The position numbers and the translations under genes were made by a program. Shown one piece after another: positions 19,462-29,387 of a stretch of 64,000 nucleotides of DNA. The number at the start of each line of letters is the position of its first letter. Position 1 is the stretch's first letter. The notes under the pieces are model-generated. The model searched no databases. It was given only the letters and a program-made list of their open reading frames with translations, and was not told the DNA's origin. Source of the DNA: Candidatus Heimdallarchaeota archaeon (GTDB lineage Archaea; Asgardarchaeota; Heimdallarchaeia; Heimdallarchaeales; Heimdallarchaeaceae); NCBI GenBank assembly GCA_016840095.1, contig JAEOSZ010000066.1, forward strand, positions 32,001 through 96,000, written 5' to 3'.

Positions 19462-19731
19462 ATTATTTCACTTTTAACTAAACTTTAGTATCACATTTCT
19501 TCAAAAATCTTCCTTCTTAGTAGTTTGTTTTGAAAGATTGTAAATTTGAGTCTGAGGATTTTCAGTAGAAATCCTGCTTCAGTTTCATTTTAATATCAAT
19601 ATTTCACTATTGAAAATAAAATCAGAAAGCCAAAAGTTAATAAAGTATTCGGGTTATCAAACCTCGTCATAAAGCTTCATTTATGCATAATCTTCAAGAA
19701 TGGAGATATATAGAAACAGGAGCAAGTTCGA

Positions 19732-20208
19732 ATGGGTTTATACGAAAGAATTTGGAAAGATCAGAAAAATAGAACACTTCTCATCAGTTCGATAATTGCA
19801 TTGACTTTTATTATTCTAGCATTCATTTTTTCAGGTTGGAATGAATTAAGTGCTCCAAATTGGTTAAAGGGTCTATACCTAGATGATCCAACTGAAAAAT
19901 ACAATGTAGGTTTGACTCTCTTAATAGGATTCTTTGTATCTATATTCTATTTCTTCTTAATGTTAGCTTTAGCAACTTTGAGAGAAATAAGAGCTGGCTT
20001 ACCATCATGGGGTTCATTTGTTAGTTCTTCAATTGCTTCAATACTAATCACATGGATAGTTACCTCAATCAAACCAGGATTAGCTCAAGAAACAAACTAC
20101 ACTCCTGGAATGCAATTGACTATTTTTGGAATACTTATTGGAGTAATTATTCTTTCAATAGTTTATATCTTCTTTACAGAATCTCCAGATGAAGAAAAAA
20201 AGAAATAG
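19732..20208 (+). CDS. Four-TM hypothetical membrane protein
   Basis: Four hydrophobic segments; AGGAG SD upstream. Confidence 0.7.
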   Translation: MGLYERIWKDQKNRTLLISSIIALTFIILAFIFSGWNELSAPNWLKGLYLDDPTEKYNVGLTLLIGFFVSIFYFFLMLALATLREIRAGLPSWGSFVSSSIASILITWIVTSIKPGLAQETNYTPGMQLTIFGILIGVIILSIVYIFFTESPDEEKKK

Positions 20209-20238
20209 TCAAGGGATAAATTTTTCCCTTTTATTTTG

Positions 20239-20655
20239 TTAACTTGAACTAACTTCAGAAACTAATTCTTCTAAGGTTTTGGAACCAACTTTTGAAACTT
20301 TCATGTTTATTTGATATGATGCTTCTGAAATAATATTTCCGCGAACTGCTTTTCTTACACGTTTGCCTTTTCGTGGAACCTTATATCCAACCCCACCTCT
20401 TAGTAGATATTTTCTTCTACTAGCACCTTCAATACTTGATCTGTGGGGGAATCCATCTCTATCACTCCCGCCAGTAATAACAAACTCCCAAGAAGGTAAT
20501 CCAATTACATTGCCTTCAACTTTAGCTCCAAGTTTTAAACCAATTAGAGCAGTTGCCTGAGCATCTCTAACAATCTTGGTGTGGCATTTACCTTTTTGAT
20601 CTCCTATATTTAATTTAAACTCAAGTTGTCCTGCTTTTTGTGACATTTTTTGCAC
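20239..20655 (-). CDS. rps6e: 30S ribosomal protein eS6
   Basis: FKLNIGD, ITGGSDRDGFP, G.R.RKAVRGN and QINMKV. Confidence 0.95.
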   Translation of the reverse strand: MQKMSQKAGQLEFKLNIGDQKGKCHTKIVRDAQATALIGLKLGAKVEGNVIGLPSWEFVITGGSDRDGFPHRSSIEGASRRKYLLRGGVGYKVPRKGKRVRKAVRGNIISEASYQINMKVSKVGSKTLEELVSEVSSS

Positions 20656-20685
20656 TCCATACGTAAGGGACTGTATATCTTATTA

Positions 20686-20871
20686 CTAAACTATAGCCAA
20701 GTGGTATGTTTTTAACAGTTTTTATCTTTAACTTATTTGCTTATGTCTTTCATTGTAGTTTTTCAATTACAAAAAAGCCCTTTTTTATTGATTTTGAACG
20801 ATTTTTGGTTACCAAAAAATGAGTAAGAAAGTTCAGCCAAACTTATATACTCAATAGCTAAACTATAGCCA
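20686..20871. promoter_or_regulatory. Duplicated 14-bp operator-like motif CTAAACTATAGCCA in the divergent rps6e/tfb promoter
   Basis: Exact copies at 20686-20699 and 20858-20871. The second lies in the imperfect palindrome TAGCTA-N5-TAGCCA just downstream of TTATATA (20843-20849). Confidence 0.55.
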
Positions 20872-20891
20872 GACTAACCTAAGGTGTTATT

Positions 20892-21839
20892 ATGGCTCCA
20901 GAACCTATTAACATTACCACTTCTTCTGAAACTTCTCTTCCAAGGTGTCCAGACTGCAATTCGCTAAAACTAACATTCGATTCTACTAGAGGTGAAATAA
21001 GTTGTGGGAGTTGTGGGTTAGTTGTAGAAGATTCATACATTGATCAATCAGCGGAGTGGAGAGCTTACTCAAAAGAACAACATATTAAAAGAGCTAGAAC
21101 AGGAACCCCAAAAAACCTTCTAACTTATGACCACTATGGAACCTTGATTGACTACTCAAACAAGGACATTTTTGGGAATTCAATATCTCCAGAAAAAGCA
21201 AGTCAGATGTTCAGATTAAGAACATTACAACGCAGAGCAGTTCTTCAATATGGAACTGAAAGAAACTTACTACGAGCTTTGAATGAAATTAAAAGAATTA
21301 GTAGTCAATTGAACCTCACAATAAAAGTTAGAGAAACAGCCGCTATGATTTACAGAAAAATTTTAAGAACAGGCTTAGTTAGGGGGAGATCAACTGAAGC
21401 TCTTGTCTCAGCATCTCTCTATCTTTCATGTAGGCTGCACAAACAACCAGAAACTCTGGAAGATGTAGCAGATAAAACTAGATTAAGTAAGAAGAAACTT
21501 GCTAAGAATTTTAGACTTCTTCTCAAGCATTTAGACTTAAAAATGCCTCTTGCAAGTCCTGAAAGTAGCATTGCAAAGTTCGCTTCTATACTAAACTTCT
21601 CTACTAAAATCCTAAATGATGCTCAGTTGATTCTAACAAAAGCAAAAGCTGCAAAAATAACTGTTGGGAAGAATCCAAATTCCCTTGCTGCAGCTGCATT
21701 ATATATTGCTGCCCTACAAAATAAGACTAAATGTCCTCAGAATGAAATTGCTAAAACATGTCAAATCACTGAAGTTACATTAAGAAATAGGTACAAAGAG
21801 TTTATTCGTGTGCTTGATTTAAAAGTTAGTTTAAATTAA
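20892..21839 (+). CDS. tfb: Transcription initiation factor IIB
   Basis: CPDC...CGSC zinc ribbon, EWRAY, RGRS...SASLY, GKNP..LAAAALY and TEVTLRNRYKE. Confidence 0.96.
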   Translation: MAPEPINITTSSETSLPRCPDCNSLKLTFDSTRGEISCGSCGLVVEDSYIDQSAEWRAYSKEQHIKRARTGTPKNLLTYDHYGTLIDYSNKDIFGNSISPEKASQMFRLRTLQRRAVLQYGTERNLLRALNEIKRISSQLNLTIKVRETAAMIYRKILRTGLVRGRSTEALVSASLYLSCRLHKQPETLEDVADKTRLSKKKLAKNFRLLLKHLDLKMPLASPESSIAKFASILNFSTKILNDAQLILTKAKAAKITVGKNPNSLAAAALYIAALQNKTKCPQNEIAKTCQITEVTLRNRYKEFIRVLDLKVSLN

Positions 21840-22291
21840 CTAGTTCTAATCACTTTTTCAATTGTAATTCCAGTTACTTCTGTAATTGAACTTAAACTGG
21901 ATTCAATTTCATCAACTTCAATTGTCAAATCTTTTTCTTGTAGGAAACCTTCCCAGAAACATCTATTTTCAACTAAACACAATCCTGTACTATATACCAC
22001 TTTTGTAGCTATTTTGGAAATATTGTTCATAATTTTTGCAACGATTTCAGGTGTTAGTGGATAGATTTGAATACTCAATTTATATACATCAGAAGCTACT
22101 GGAAAGAAATAAATCGCACGAGCATTCATCGAATAAATGCTTAATATGTTACTTGTTTGTGTAACATCAGAAAGAGCTCCTAAAATTTCCTCTTTTACTT
22201 TTACATCTTCAGCAGACTCATATATTGTTGAATGTGTCAGTTCTTCCATATGTTTCACCGGATTGAAGTTTTTAGTTAAATTCTGATTCAA
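21836..22291 (-). CDS. Hypothetical protein, possible ACT-like C-terminal domain
   Basis: Full-length ORF between known genes; alternating beta/alpha pattern. Confidence 0.55.
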   Translation of the reverse strand: MNQNLTKNFNPVKHMEELTHSTIYESAEDVKVKEEILGALSDVTQTSNILSIYSMNARAIYFFPVASDVYKLSIQIYPLTPEIVAKIMNNISKIATKVVYSTGLCLVENRCFWEGFLQEKDLTIEVDEIESSLSSITEVTGITIEKVIRTS

Positions 22292-22374
22292 CTAGTATAT
22301 ATAAATCAATAGTTTTTGCATTTAAACTCTTTCATCGAGAAAGACTAATAAAAAACTGCTGATAACTATTTACA

Positions 22375-22947
22375 ATGGATGTTCATTTTATCACTCACAA
22401 TCCTTCAAAGTATGAAGAAGCTTCAAATGTTGCTCAAGAATTTAATTTATCAATTAAGTGGTATGATCACGAATATGAGGAATTACAAGAAGATTCACTT
22501 GAGATCATTGCTCGTAAAAGCTGTCTAAGTATAATGCAAACGAAACCTGAACTTAAAGAACTTCATTTCTTCCTTGAAGATGCAGGACTCTTCATAAAAT
22601 CTCTAAATGGTTTTCCTGGACCCTATTCTTCTTATGTGTTTAACACTATTGGAAACAATGGAATACTAGATTTGATGAAAGATAAAGAAGACAGAGAAGC
22701 TTACTTTAAATCAGTAACTGCATACTACGATGGAAGTACTATAGAAACATTTGTTGGAGTAACAAAGGGGATTATAACTAAATCATTGATAGGTGAAGGG
22801 GGGTTTGGTTTTGACCCAATTTTCAGACCAGATGACAATAATCAAACCTTTGCTGAAATGACACTAGCAACCAAGAATTTATATTCTCACCGTCAAAAGT
22901 CACTTCGAATATTATTCACCTCCTTAACCGCCTTCGCAAAGCAATAA
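22375..22947 (+). CDS. rdgB: Non-canonical purine NTP pyrophosphatase (Ham1/RdgB)
   Basis: FITHN..K, EDAGL...LNGFPGPYS, GFGFDPIF and KN.YSHR. Confidence 0.95.
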   Translation: MDVHFITHNPSKYEEASNVAQEFNLSIKWYDHEYEELQEDSLEIIARKSCLSIMQTKPELKELHFFLEDAGLFIKSLNGFPGPYSSYVFNTIGNNGILDLMKDKEDREAYFKSVTAYYDGSTIETFVGVTKGIITKSLIGEGGFGFDPIFRPDDNNQTFAEMTLATKNLYSHRQKSLRILFTSLTAFAKQ

Positions 22948-22959
22948 CCGGTGAAATTA

Positions 22960-23412
22960 ATGGCAAGAATGCACGCAAGAAAAAGAGGAAAAGCGAGTTC
23001 AACTCGTCCTTATAGAAATCAACCTCCAGAATGGATGACACACGATAAGGAATTCATAGTCAAAAAAATTGAAGAGCTTAGAAGACAAGGACAATCTTCT
23101 GCAATGATTGGAAATATCCTACGTGATCAATATGGGGTTACAAATGTAAGGGAAGTCTTAGGTACAAAAATGCATAAAATTGTAGAAGACTTAAATTTAC
23201 AACCAAAATATCCTGAAGATTTAGTCAATCTTGTTAGACAGGCTTCAAATTTAAGGAAACATTTGGAGGAAAATAGAAAAGACCTTCACAGTAAAAGAGG
23301 ATTACAATTAATTGAATCAAAAATTCGAAGGCTAGCCAAATACTATAAAAAGAAAGGTGTTTTCCCACAAAACTGGAAATATGACCCCAATACTGCGGGA
23401 CTTTTACTCTAA
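22960..23412 (+). CDS. rps15: 30S ribosomal protein uS15 (S15/S13e)
   Basis: MARMHARKRG, ILRDQYG, PEDL and ESKIRRL.KYYK. Confidence 0.97.
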   Translation: MARMHARKRGKASSTRPYRNQPPEWMTHDKEFIVKKIEELRRQGQSSAMIGNILRDQYGVTNVREVLGTKMHKIVEDLNLQPKYPEDLVNLVRQASNLRKHLEENRKDLHSKRGLQLIESKIRRLAKYYKKKGVFPQNWKYDPNTAGLLL

Positions 23413-23470
23413 GATACGATATTCTTTTATCTTTTTATTTTTATTTTATTTTGTAAGATAGTGGTTACTT

Positions 23471-24946
23471 ATGTCATCTATGGAAGTTCCATTTGAGAAA
23501 ATTCAATCTTTAAAGGACGAAGCAGGTAAGATTTCGGAACTAATAAAGGGTTTAGAAGAGAACCTAGTAATTATCTACAAAGCGAATCCAGATAATCTAT
23601 GTGCAGTAGGCATTCTAGTTTCCTGTTTGAGAGAAATTGGTTTGGGGTGCCATTCAATATCTATTGATAATAGTTCAGATTTAGAAAAGCGAATAAAGAA
23701 AATAAACTACTCAACCCATGTGTTCGTAGGTTTTCAGATAAAAGAACTACCTAGTAATTTTCTCAAAGATGATTCAAAGAAGATAATTCTTGTAAACCAT
23801 AAATTATCGATTGATAAAAGATTGAAGATTCCATGGGAAACAATCTTAAGTCTTTCATTAAAAGAACTTGAAATACCATTAGATGCTTTATCTAATTCAG
23901 GATTGGCCTATTTCATCGCTGAAGGCATTACTGAAAACTATCCAAAATTCTCAGGATTAGCCTTGATTGGTGGTTTAGCTAATAAACAAGTTGACTCTAA
24001 GAGCCAGAAATTGATAGGCATCAATAGATTTATTCTTGAAGAAGGAAAAAAAGAAGAAATACTTAAAGAAACCGTAGGAACAAGGATATCTGGAAGAGAG
24101 AGTCTCCCTATTCATTTAGCTTTAAAGTATTCAATAAATCCATATTTTCCAGGTTTAACTGGAAGCGAAGAAGCTTGTACTTCCTTTGTATCTAGATTGG
24201 GAATTTCAATGAAAGATCAAGATGGCAACTGGAGAACCATTTCATCGCTTACAACAGAAGAAACTAAAAAATTGTATGATAGATTGATAGCTCTACTAGT
24301 TGAAGAAAAATCCCAATTCAAGACAGAATCGTTAATCGGTCCAATCTATATTATTCTTACAGAAACAAAAAAAAGCCAGACAAGAAATGCAGAGGAGTAT
24401 TTGTGGTTACTAGATGGAGCATGCAAATTGAGGAAATATGGCTTGGCCCTTGCTGTTATTTTAGGCGATAGAACAAATGTTTACGATGAACTTAAACGAA
24501 AAATGGACAACTATCATGGCAATGCAGCTCAGATAATAGAAAAAATTACACAGGAGAGTTCTATTGTAGAAAATAAGAAACATTATAGAATAATTGAGAA
24601 TCAAGCTATTTTTGACTTAGAATCCGCTCCTCTTGTAATTAAAGCGCTAGTAGAAAGCAATATTATTGCAATTGATAAACCACTACTACTTCATTTGAAA
24701 GAGAAGAACATGAATTATTTGTACATGCATGATTCTCCTAAGCAAATTCAAAAAGGACTTCAATTATATCATGTGATTCAAGATTTTATTAAAAGAAAAA
24801 TACTTCCTGAATCAAGTTTCAAGGGAGAAACTGATTTCTTCAGATTAGTATTAACAGATGAGGATTATTTGACAATACTTGAGGAATTAGAAAAATCACT
24901 TAAGTATCATCATGATGGAACAAAAACAGTTAGTAATTCGGAATAA
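23471..24946 (+). CDS. RecJ/DHH-family GAN/Cdc45 homolog with degenerate nuclease site
   Basis: Occupies the conserved rps15-GAN-pcc1-rps3ae slot and has GRE..P...AL..S..PY.PGLTG. The DxDG motif reads NPDN and the DHH motif reads NHK. Confidence 0.8.
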   Translation: MSSMEVPFEKIQSLKDEAGKISELIKGLEENLVIIYKANPDNLCAVGILVSCLREIGLGCHSISIDNSSDLEKRIKKINYSTHVFVGFQIKELPSNFLKDDSKKIILVNHKLSIDKRLKIPWETILSLSLKELEIPLDALSNSGLAYFIAEGITENYPKFSGLALIGGLANKQVDSKSQKLIGINRFILEEGKKEEILKETVGTRISGRESLPIHLALKYSINPYFPGLTGSEEACTSFVSRLGISMKDQDGNWRTISSLTTEETKKLYDRLIALLVEEKSQFKTESLIGPIYIILTETKKSQTRNAEEYLWLLDGACKLRKYGLALAVILGDRTNVYDELKRKMDNYHGNAAQIIEKITQESSIVENKKHYRIIENQAIFDLESAPLVIKALVESNIIAIDKPLLLHLKEKNMNYLYMHDSPKQIQKGLQLYHVIQDFIKRKILPESSFKGETDFFRLVLTDEDYLTILEELEKSLKYHHDGTKTVSNSE

Positions 24947-24957
24947 AAGGGAAACAT

Positions 24958-25215
24958 ATGATCTCACATGAATCTAGCTTCAAAATTATTATCAAATGCA
25001 AAAATAATGAAATTGCCCAAATCATCGCTAAAAGCTTAGAACCAGAAAACCAACATGTTGATAATAATACCACAATCAGTATGCAAGTTAAAGATTGTAA
25101 ATTGATTGTGCAACTAGAATCTTCTTCATCTGTTTCAACAATAAGAAATACTATCGATGATATAATCAGTACAATAAACACAGTTGAATCAGTCTACAAG
25201 AGTGTTAAGAGCTGA
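24958..25215 (+). CDS. pcc1: KEOPS subunit Pcc1
   Basis: A.IIAKSLEPEN...IRNTIDD; synteny. Confidence 0.88.
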   Translation: MISHESSFKIIIKCKNNEIAQIIAKSLEPENQHVDNNTTISMQVKDCKLIVQLESSSSVSTIRNTIDDIISTINTVESVYKSVKS

Positions 25216-25327
25216 AACTCACCTGTTCTAAATCTCATCTTTTAGCTAATTTCAAAGATTATAATCAAACATAATCTTTAAAACTCAATTAAAGAAGAAG
25301 GAAAACAACAGTTTAGAGGTTAAACCA

Positions 25328-25984
25328 TTGTCATCTCGAAGACCAACTCGAAAATCTAAAGGAAAACCAAAAGTAGTAGACAAATGGAAAGAAAAATCTT
25401 GGTACGATGTAGCTGCTGCAAGTTATATTGTTGATAAATCCTTAGGGGAAACTCCAGCAAGTGAGCCTGAAAAATTATATGGCAGAGTAATTGAAATGGC
25501 TAGACTTGGAGTTGCTGAGGACATCTTTTATGATATTAATCTAAAGATCAGATTTCGAATAACAAGTGTTGAAGGAAATATTTGCAGAACTGAGTTTGAT
25601 GGGCATGAAATAGCTAAAGAACAAATCAGATCTCAGATTCGAAGAAATCGTTCAAAGATTGAAGCAATCCAAAATATTGTTACAAAAGACAGGGCAAGAT
25701 TAAGAGTTTCATCTATCGTTATCACACCTATTAGGTGTGGAACAAGCACACAAAAAGTTGTTAGAAAAGCAATTGAAGACTTAGTGAGAACAACAGCTAG
25801 AGCTCAAACATTTGTAGAATTTGCTCAAAGCATGATTAACGGATCAATTGCTGAAGAGATGAAGAAAGTTGTTAAAAAGATATATCCAGTAGTTATGGTG
25901 GATGTAAGAAAAAGCAAGGTTATAGTACTACCTGGTGCTTCTACTGCTGCACAGCAAGTTGCAGCAACCGGCGTAACAGTTTAG
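25328..25984 (+). CDS. rps3ae: 30S ribosomal protein eS1 (S3Ae)
   Basis: DKWKEKSWYDV, GRVIE, T.FDGHE, RR.RSKI and KKIYP...VRKSKV. Confidence 0.95.
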   Translation: MSSRRPTRKSKGKPKVVDKWKEKSWYDVAAASYIVDKSLGETPASEPEKLYGRVIEMARLGVAEDIFYDINLKIRFRITSVEGNICRTEFDGHEIAKEQIRSQIRRNRSKIEAIQNIVTKDRARLRVSSIVITPIRCGTSTQKVVRKAIEDLVRTTARAQTFVEFAQSMINGSIAEEMKKVVKKIYPVVMVDVRKSKVIVLPGASTAAQQVAATGVTV

Positions 25985-26006
25985 AAGATTAACTCTTCTA
26001 TTTCTT

Positions 26007-27206
26007 TTATTTTACGGCAGAAACAATTTTAACTATATCATTATTTTGCAACTCGTAATCTGCACCTACTCTTCTACCAGATGGGGCTAATGTTCCATGA
26101 ATGAAGTTTTTTGCGAAATCAGTATGAACTTTTCCAGCAAGTTCTTTGGCAGTAGTTCCTTTTGGAACCAAATATGCATCAGGGAGAATATTTCCTGACT
26201 TATCCGTAAATTTTGAAACATCTTCTACAGGAAAAACGACTATCATATTGAATAAATTAAAGATAACATGAGATAGTATTTCTTGTACTCCAGTAGAACC
26301 ATATTTCTGAAGTATATCAGAATTAATCTTTTCTAGAAGTTCTACTTTTTTATCCCCTAGTTTTTCTTGATCTAGTATCTTAAAACTCGGATCTCCAGGA
26401 GTATATGAAAGAGTAGAATTTTCTTGTTCAGTTCTTAAAAAAACTTCAGCTAAAGATGAAGCTGGAAAGACATCACTATTTAGTTCTTCTTTCATTTTAG
26501 AAAAATTCTTGTGTGAAGAAGGCAGATCAATTTTATTAGCTACTATAACTAGAGGTTTTGCTTTTTCTCTTATTGTAGTTATTAATTCATCTAGTTTTTC
26601 ATCCCAAGTATTCGCATCATCATCTATAATTCCAACTTCTCTGATAGATACTTCAATTGTTTGTTTTTTTATTGCTAATCCTGTTAATTTCTCATGTAAA
26701 AGCATTGAAAATTTAATTTTTTCAGCAGAAGCTTTCTTCTTCATGGTAACATAATCTCGATTTATAATTGCCTTTATCCAAGCATCAATTTCTTTCTCAA
26801 GGAATTTAACATCATCCAAAGGATCCCAAGTTCCTTTATCTATTTGGTTCCCTTCAGCATCTAAAGAACCACTTGCATCTACAACATGAATCAGAACATC
26901 AGCTTGTCTTAAATCATCTAGGAATTGGTTACCTAGTCCTCTACCTTCAGAAGCACCAGGAACTAATCCAGCTACATCTAGAAACTGTACAGGAAGATAA
27001 CGAATTCCTTCCTTACAGAGAGAATTTTTAGGTGTATCTTCAACATTAAGTTCTTTACAAACGCATGGACTCCTCACATAAGCTGTTCCTCTATTCGGAT
27101 CTTTTGTTGTAAAAGGATAATCCCCTACCTTTGCGTTCACCATCGTAAGAGCATTAAGAAATGTGCTTTTTCCAGAACTAGGTTTTCCTACTATTCCAAC
27201 TAACAT
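26007..27206 (-). CDS. ychF: Obg-family YchF-like archaeal GTPase/ATPase with TGS domain
   Basis: [37 protein letters not shown] and NKID. ATG at 27206 preferred over the longer ORF start. Confidence 0.9.
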   Translation of the reverse strand: MLVGIVGKPSSGKSTFLNALTMVNAKVGDYPFTTKDPNRGTAYVRSPCVCKELNVEDTPKNSLCKEGIRYLPVQFLDVAGLVPGASEGRGLGNQFLDDLRQADVLIHVVDASGSLDAEGNQIDKGTWDPLDDVKFLEKEIDAWIKAIINRDYVTMKKKASAEKIKFSMLLHEKLTGLAIKKQTIEVSIREVGIIDDDANTWDEKLDELITTIREKAKPLVIVANKIDLPSSHKNFSKMKEELNSDVFPASSLAEVFLRTEQENSTLSYTPGDPSFKILDQEKLGDKKVELLEKINSDILQKYGSTGVQEILSHVIFNLFNMIVVFPVEDVSKFTDKSGNILPDAYLVPKGTTAKELAGKVHTDFAKNFIHGTLAPSGRRVGADYELQNNDIVKIVSAVK

Positions 27207-27324
27207 TACTAGTCTAATTTCATCCAAAAATAAAGACTTTTTGTATAAATGAGTATTTTTCGAAAAAACCGGCAATATGATACATAATCTCAATCTTTTT
27301 TAGTGTACCAAAGTTCAATAATAT

Positions 27325-27678
27325 ATGTCTGATAGAAGACAATCCAGTGAAGAAGGAGACGATAAGGAAGATTTCCAGAGTCATTTTCCAGCCATATTTA
27401 AAGAAATAATGGAAGGAGAAAACCAAATAGAAGAAGAGGAAAGAAGAACTACTACTGGAACTAAAAAGGTAAGAAAATTCCAAGGTTACACACCTAGTGT
27501 AATAGATTTTATTTGTCGATGTTCAACTGAAGAGGAAGCTAGGGAAATCATTGACTACATGTATAAAAAAGGCGATATTTCTGAAAAAATTGCAAATGAG
27601 TTGAAAAAACAACTAAAAGAAAAAGGTTTAGATTTTTTTGGAGAACACAGAGCTCCAGGTTATTATGAAAGAGCTTGA
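27325..27678 (+). CDS. DUF2095 family protein
   Basis: GY.PSVIDF..RC.TEEEA.EIIDY...G.IS and G...FG..R.PGYY. Confidence 0.85.
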   Translation: MSDRRQSSEEGDDKEDFQSHFPAIFKEIMEGENQIEEEERRTTTGTKKVRKFQGYTPSVIDFICRCSTEEEAREIIDYMYKKGDISEKIANELKKQLKEKGLDFFGEHRAPGYYERA

Positions 27679-27698
27679 AAAAAAAGTTAGAGAAGGTG

Positions 27699-28913
27699 TT
27701 ATTCCTTCTTATATGCAATATCACCGTCAATGAAGGTTACTTTATTTTCAGCGTAGAAATCTTCGAGGGGATGATTAGTCCAGATAACAATATCAGCATC
27801 CTTTCCAGCTTCAAGTGTTCCAACACGATCACTTACTCCAATCATTTCAGCGGCATTGATAGTTATTGCTTTTAATGCTTCATTTACAGGTAATCCTTCT
27901 TTAATTGCCATACAAGGCAGTATTTGGAAGTGTTTTAATCGAGTAAAGGAATCACTTTGAATTGATATTTTTACACCAGCTTTCCACAATATCCTAGGGG
28001 TTTCAAAACTGATATTGCGCAATTCAACTTTTTCAAAACCTACAAGTGATGGACCTACTGATACAGGGACACCTTTTTTAGCAATATAATCTGCAATCTT
28101 ATGACCTTCAGTTGCATGCACAAGCATCATGTCAATATTAAATTCCTCTGCTAGTCTTATTGCTGTTACAATATCATTTGCTTGATGACAATGGAAGTTC
28201 AATGGTATTTCTTTGTTTAAAACTTTGAGTAGCATTTCTTTGTTTAGTTCTCTATCTGGCTCTGAAGGTATCTTATCTAGTTCATCTTTTTCTTCTGCCT
28301 GCTTCTTCTTTGATTCATATTCATCCCATTTCTTTCCATAATTTTGAGCATCTACAAAGGCTTTTCTAAATACTGCTGCTGTCCCCATTCTTGTTGAAGG
28401 TAGTTTCTTATCTGTTCCATATACTCTCTTAGGATTTTCTCCTAATGCAGCTTTCATAGATGATGGGGTCTTTACAATTAAATCATCTACTATTTTACTC
28501 TTACAATATGTTTTGATTATAGTGTCAGTTCCGCCTATAACATTTCCACTTCCTGGACCAGTTTGAATTGTGGTAACTCCACCTATTCGTGCTTCTTCTA
28601 AACCAGGATCTTCTGGGTTGATTGCATCTAATGCTCTCACATGTGCAGTATTTGGGTCTGTCATTTCATTTCCATCAAATCCTGCCCAACCTATACTCCC
28701 ATCAAACAATCCTTGGTGAGTATGGGAATCAATAAAACCAGGAAGAACATGATTTCCAGTTGCATCAATTATCTCGTAGCCTTCTGGAATATTTGCTTCT
28801 CCTTCACTAATGCTTTCTATTTTGCCATCCTTAATCAAAATAGTACCTTTTTCGATTATTTCTGCATCTTTGTTTACTGTATAAATTTTACCATTAGTAA
28901 TTGCGTAGTTCAT
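27699..28913 (-). CDS. Metal-dependent amidohydrolase
   Basis: PGFIDSHTH, MKAALGENPKRVYG, PSTRMG, VHATEGH and GKDADIVIW. Confidence 0.9.
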   Translation of the reverse strand: MNYAITNGKIYTVNKDAEIIEKGTILIKDGKIESISEGEANIPEGYEIIDATGNHVLPGFIDSHTHQGLFDGSIGWAGFDGNEMTDPNTAHVRALDAINPEDPGLEEARIGGVTTIQTGPGSGNVIGGTDTIIKTYCKSKIVDDLIVKTPSSMKAALGENPKRVYGTDKKLPSTRMGTAAVFRKAFVDAQNYGKKWDEYESKKKQAEEKDELDKIPSEPDRELNKEMLLKVLNKEIPLNFHCHQANDIVTAIRLAEEFNIDMMLVHATEGHKIADYIAKKGVPVSVGPSLVGFEKVELRNISFETPRILWKAGVKISIQSDSFTRLKHFQILPCMAIKEGLPVNEALKAITINAAEMIGVSDRVGTLEAGKDADIVIWTNHPLEDFYAENKVTFIDGDIAYKKE

Positions 28914-29020
28914 TCTAATTTTCTTCTTTCAAATAAACTTTTAAACTGATTCCTCTGGATATGGCTTTCCAAACCTCAAAGAGAGGAGGGTTTAAAAATT
29001 GAATTATCTGTTAACCATCA

Positions 29021-29359
29021 GTGAATATAATGACTACAGATTTAACAGAAAAACTGAAAGAATTTGGTAAAGAAATGAAGGATTGGGACAAGAAAAAGAC
29101 AAGTGTCTCAGGAGTAACCATTGTGAAATTACCTACAAAAGGAGATGACATTAATCTTGGTTTAGAAATCAATCCAGAAAGAGAAGATGGAACTCCGCTT
29201 AAGAGAAAGGGTTTATTTATTACTTCTCTTGAACAATGGGAAGCATTTAAGGAAATTTTCTCAAATACTAAGGCATTTGATCTCATTCAAAGTATCAACA
29301 ATTTAAAAACACCAAAAACAGTAGCTCCAGAAGAAGCAGAAGAAGTTTTTGAAGTATAA
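29021..29359 (+). CDS. Hypothetical protein, possible PC4/Sub1-like ssDNA-binding fold
   Basis: KRKGLFITSLEQWEAFKE resembles the PC4 motif KKGISLxxEQW. Confidence 0.6.
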   Translation: MNIMTTDLTEKLKEFGKEMKDWDKKKTSVSGVTIVKLPTKGDDINLGLEINPEREDGTPLKRKGLFITSLEQWEAFKEIFSNTKAFDLIQSINNLKTPKTVAPEEAEEVFEV

Positions 29360-29387
29360 TCAACTATACCCAAGGTGACAAAATAGA

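Noticed and set aside
19555-19575. Hairpin AGGATTT-N7-AAATCCT and short ORFs upstream of Rpp30
   Set aside because: A 7-bp AT-rich stem is expected by chance, and the ORFs are short with no recognisable product.
27207-27293. 29-aa N-terminal extension of the YchF-like ORF
   Set aside because: The G1 motif normally lies at the extreme N-terminus, and this stretch looks like the divergent promoter.
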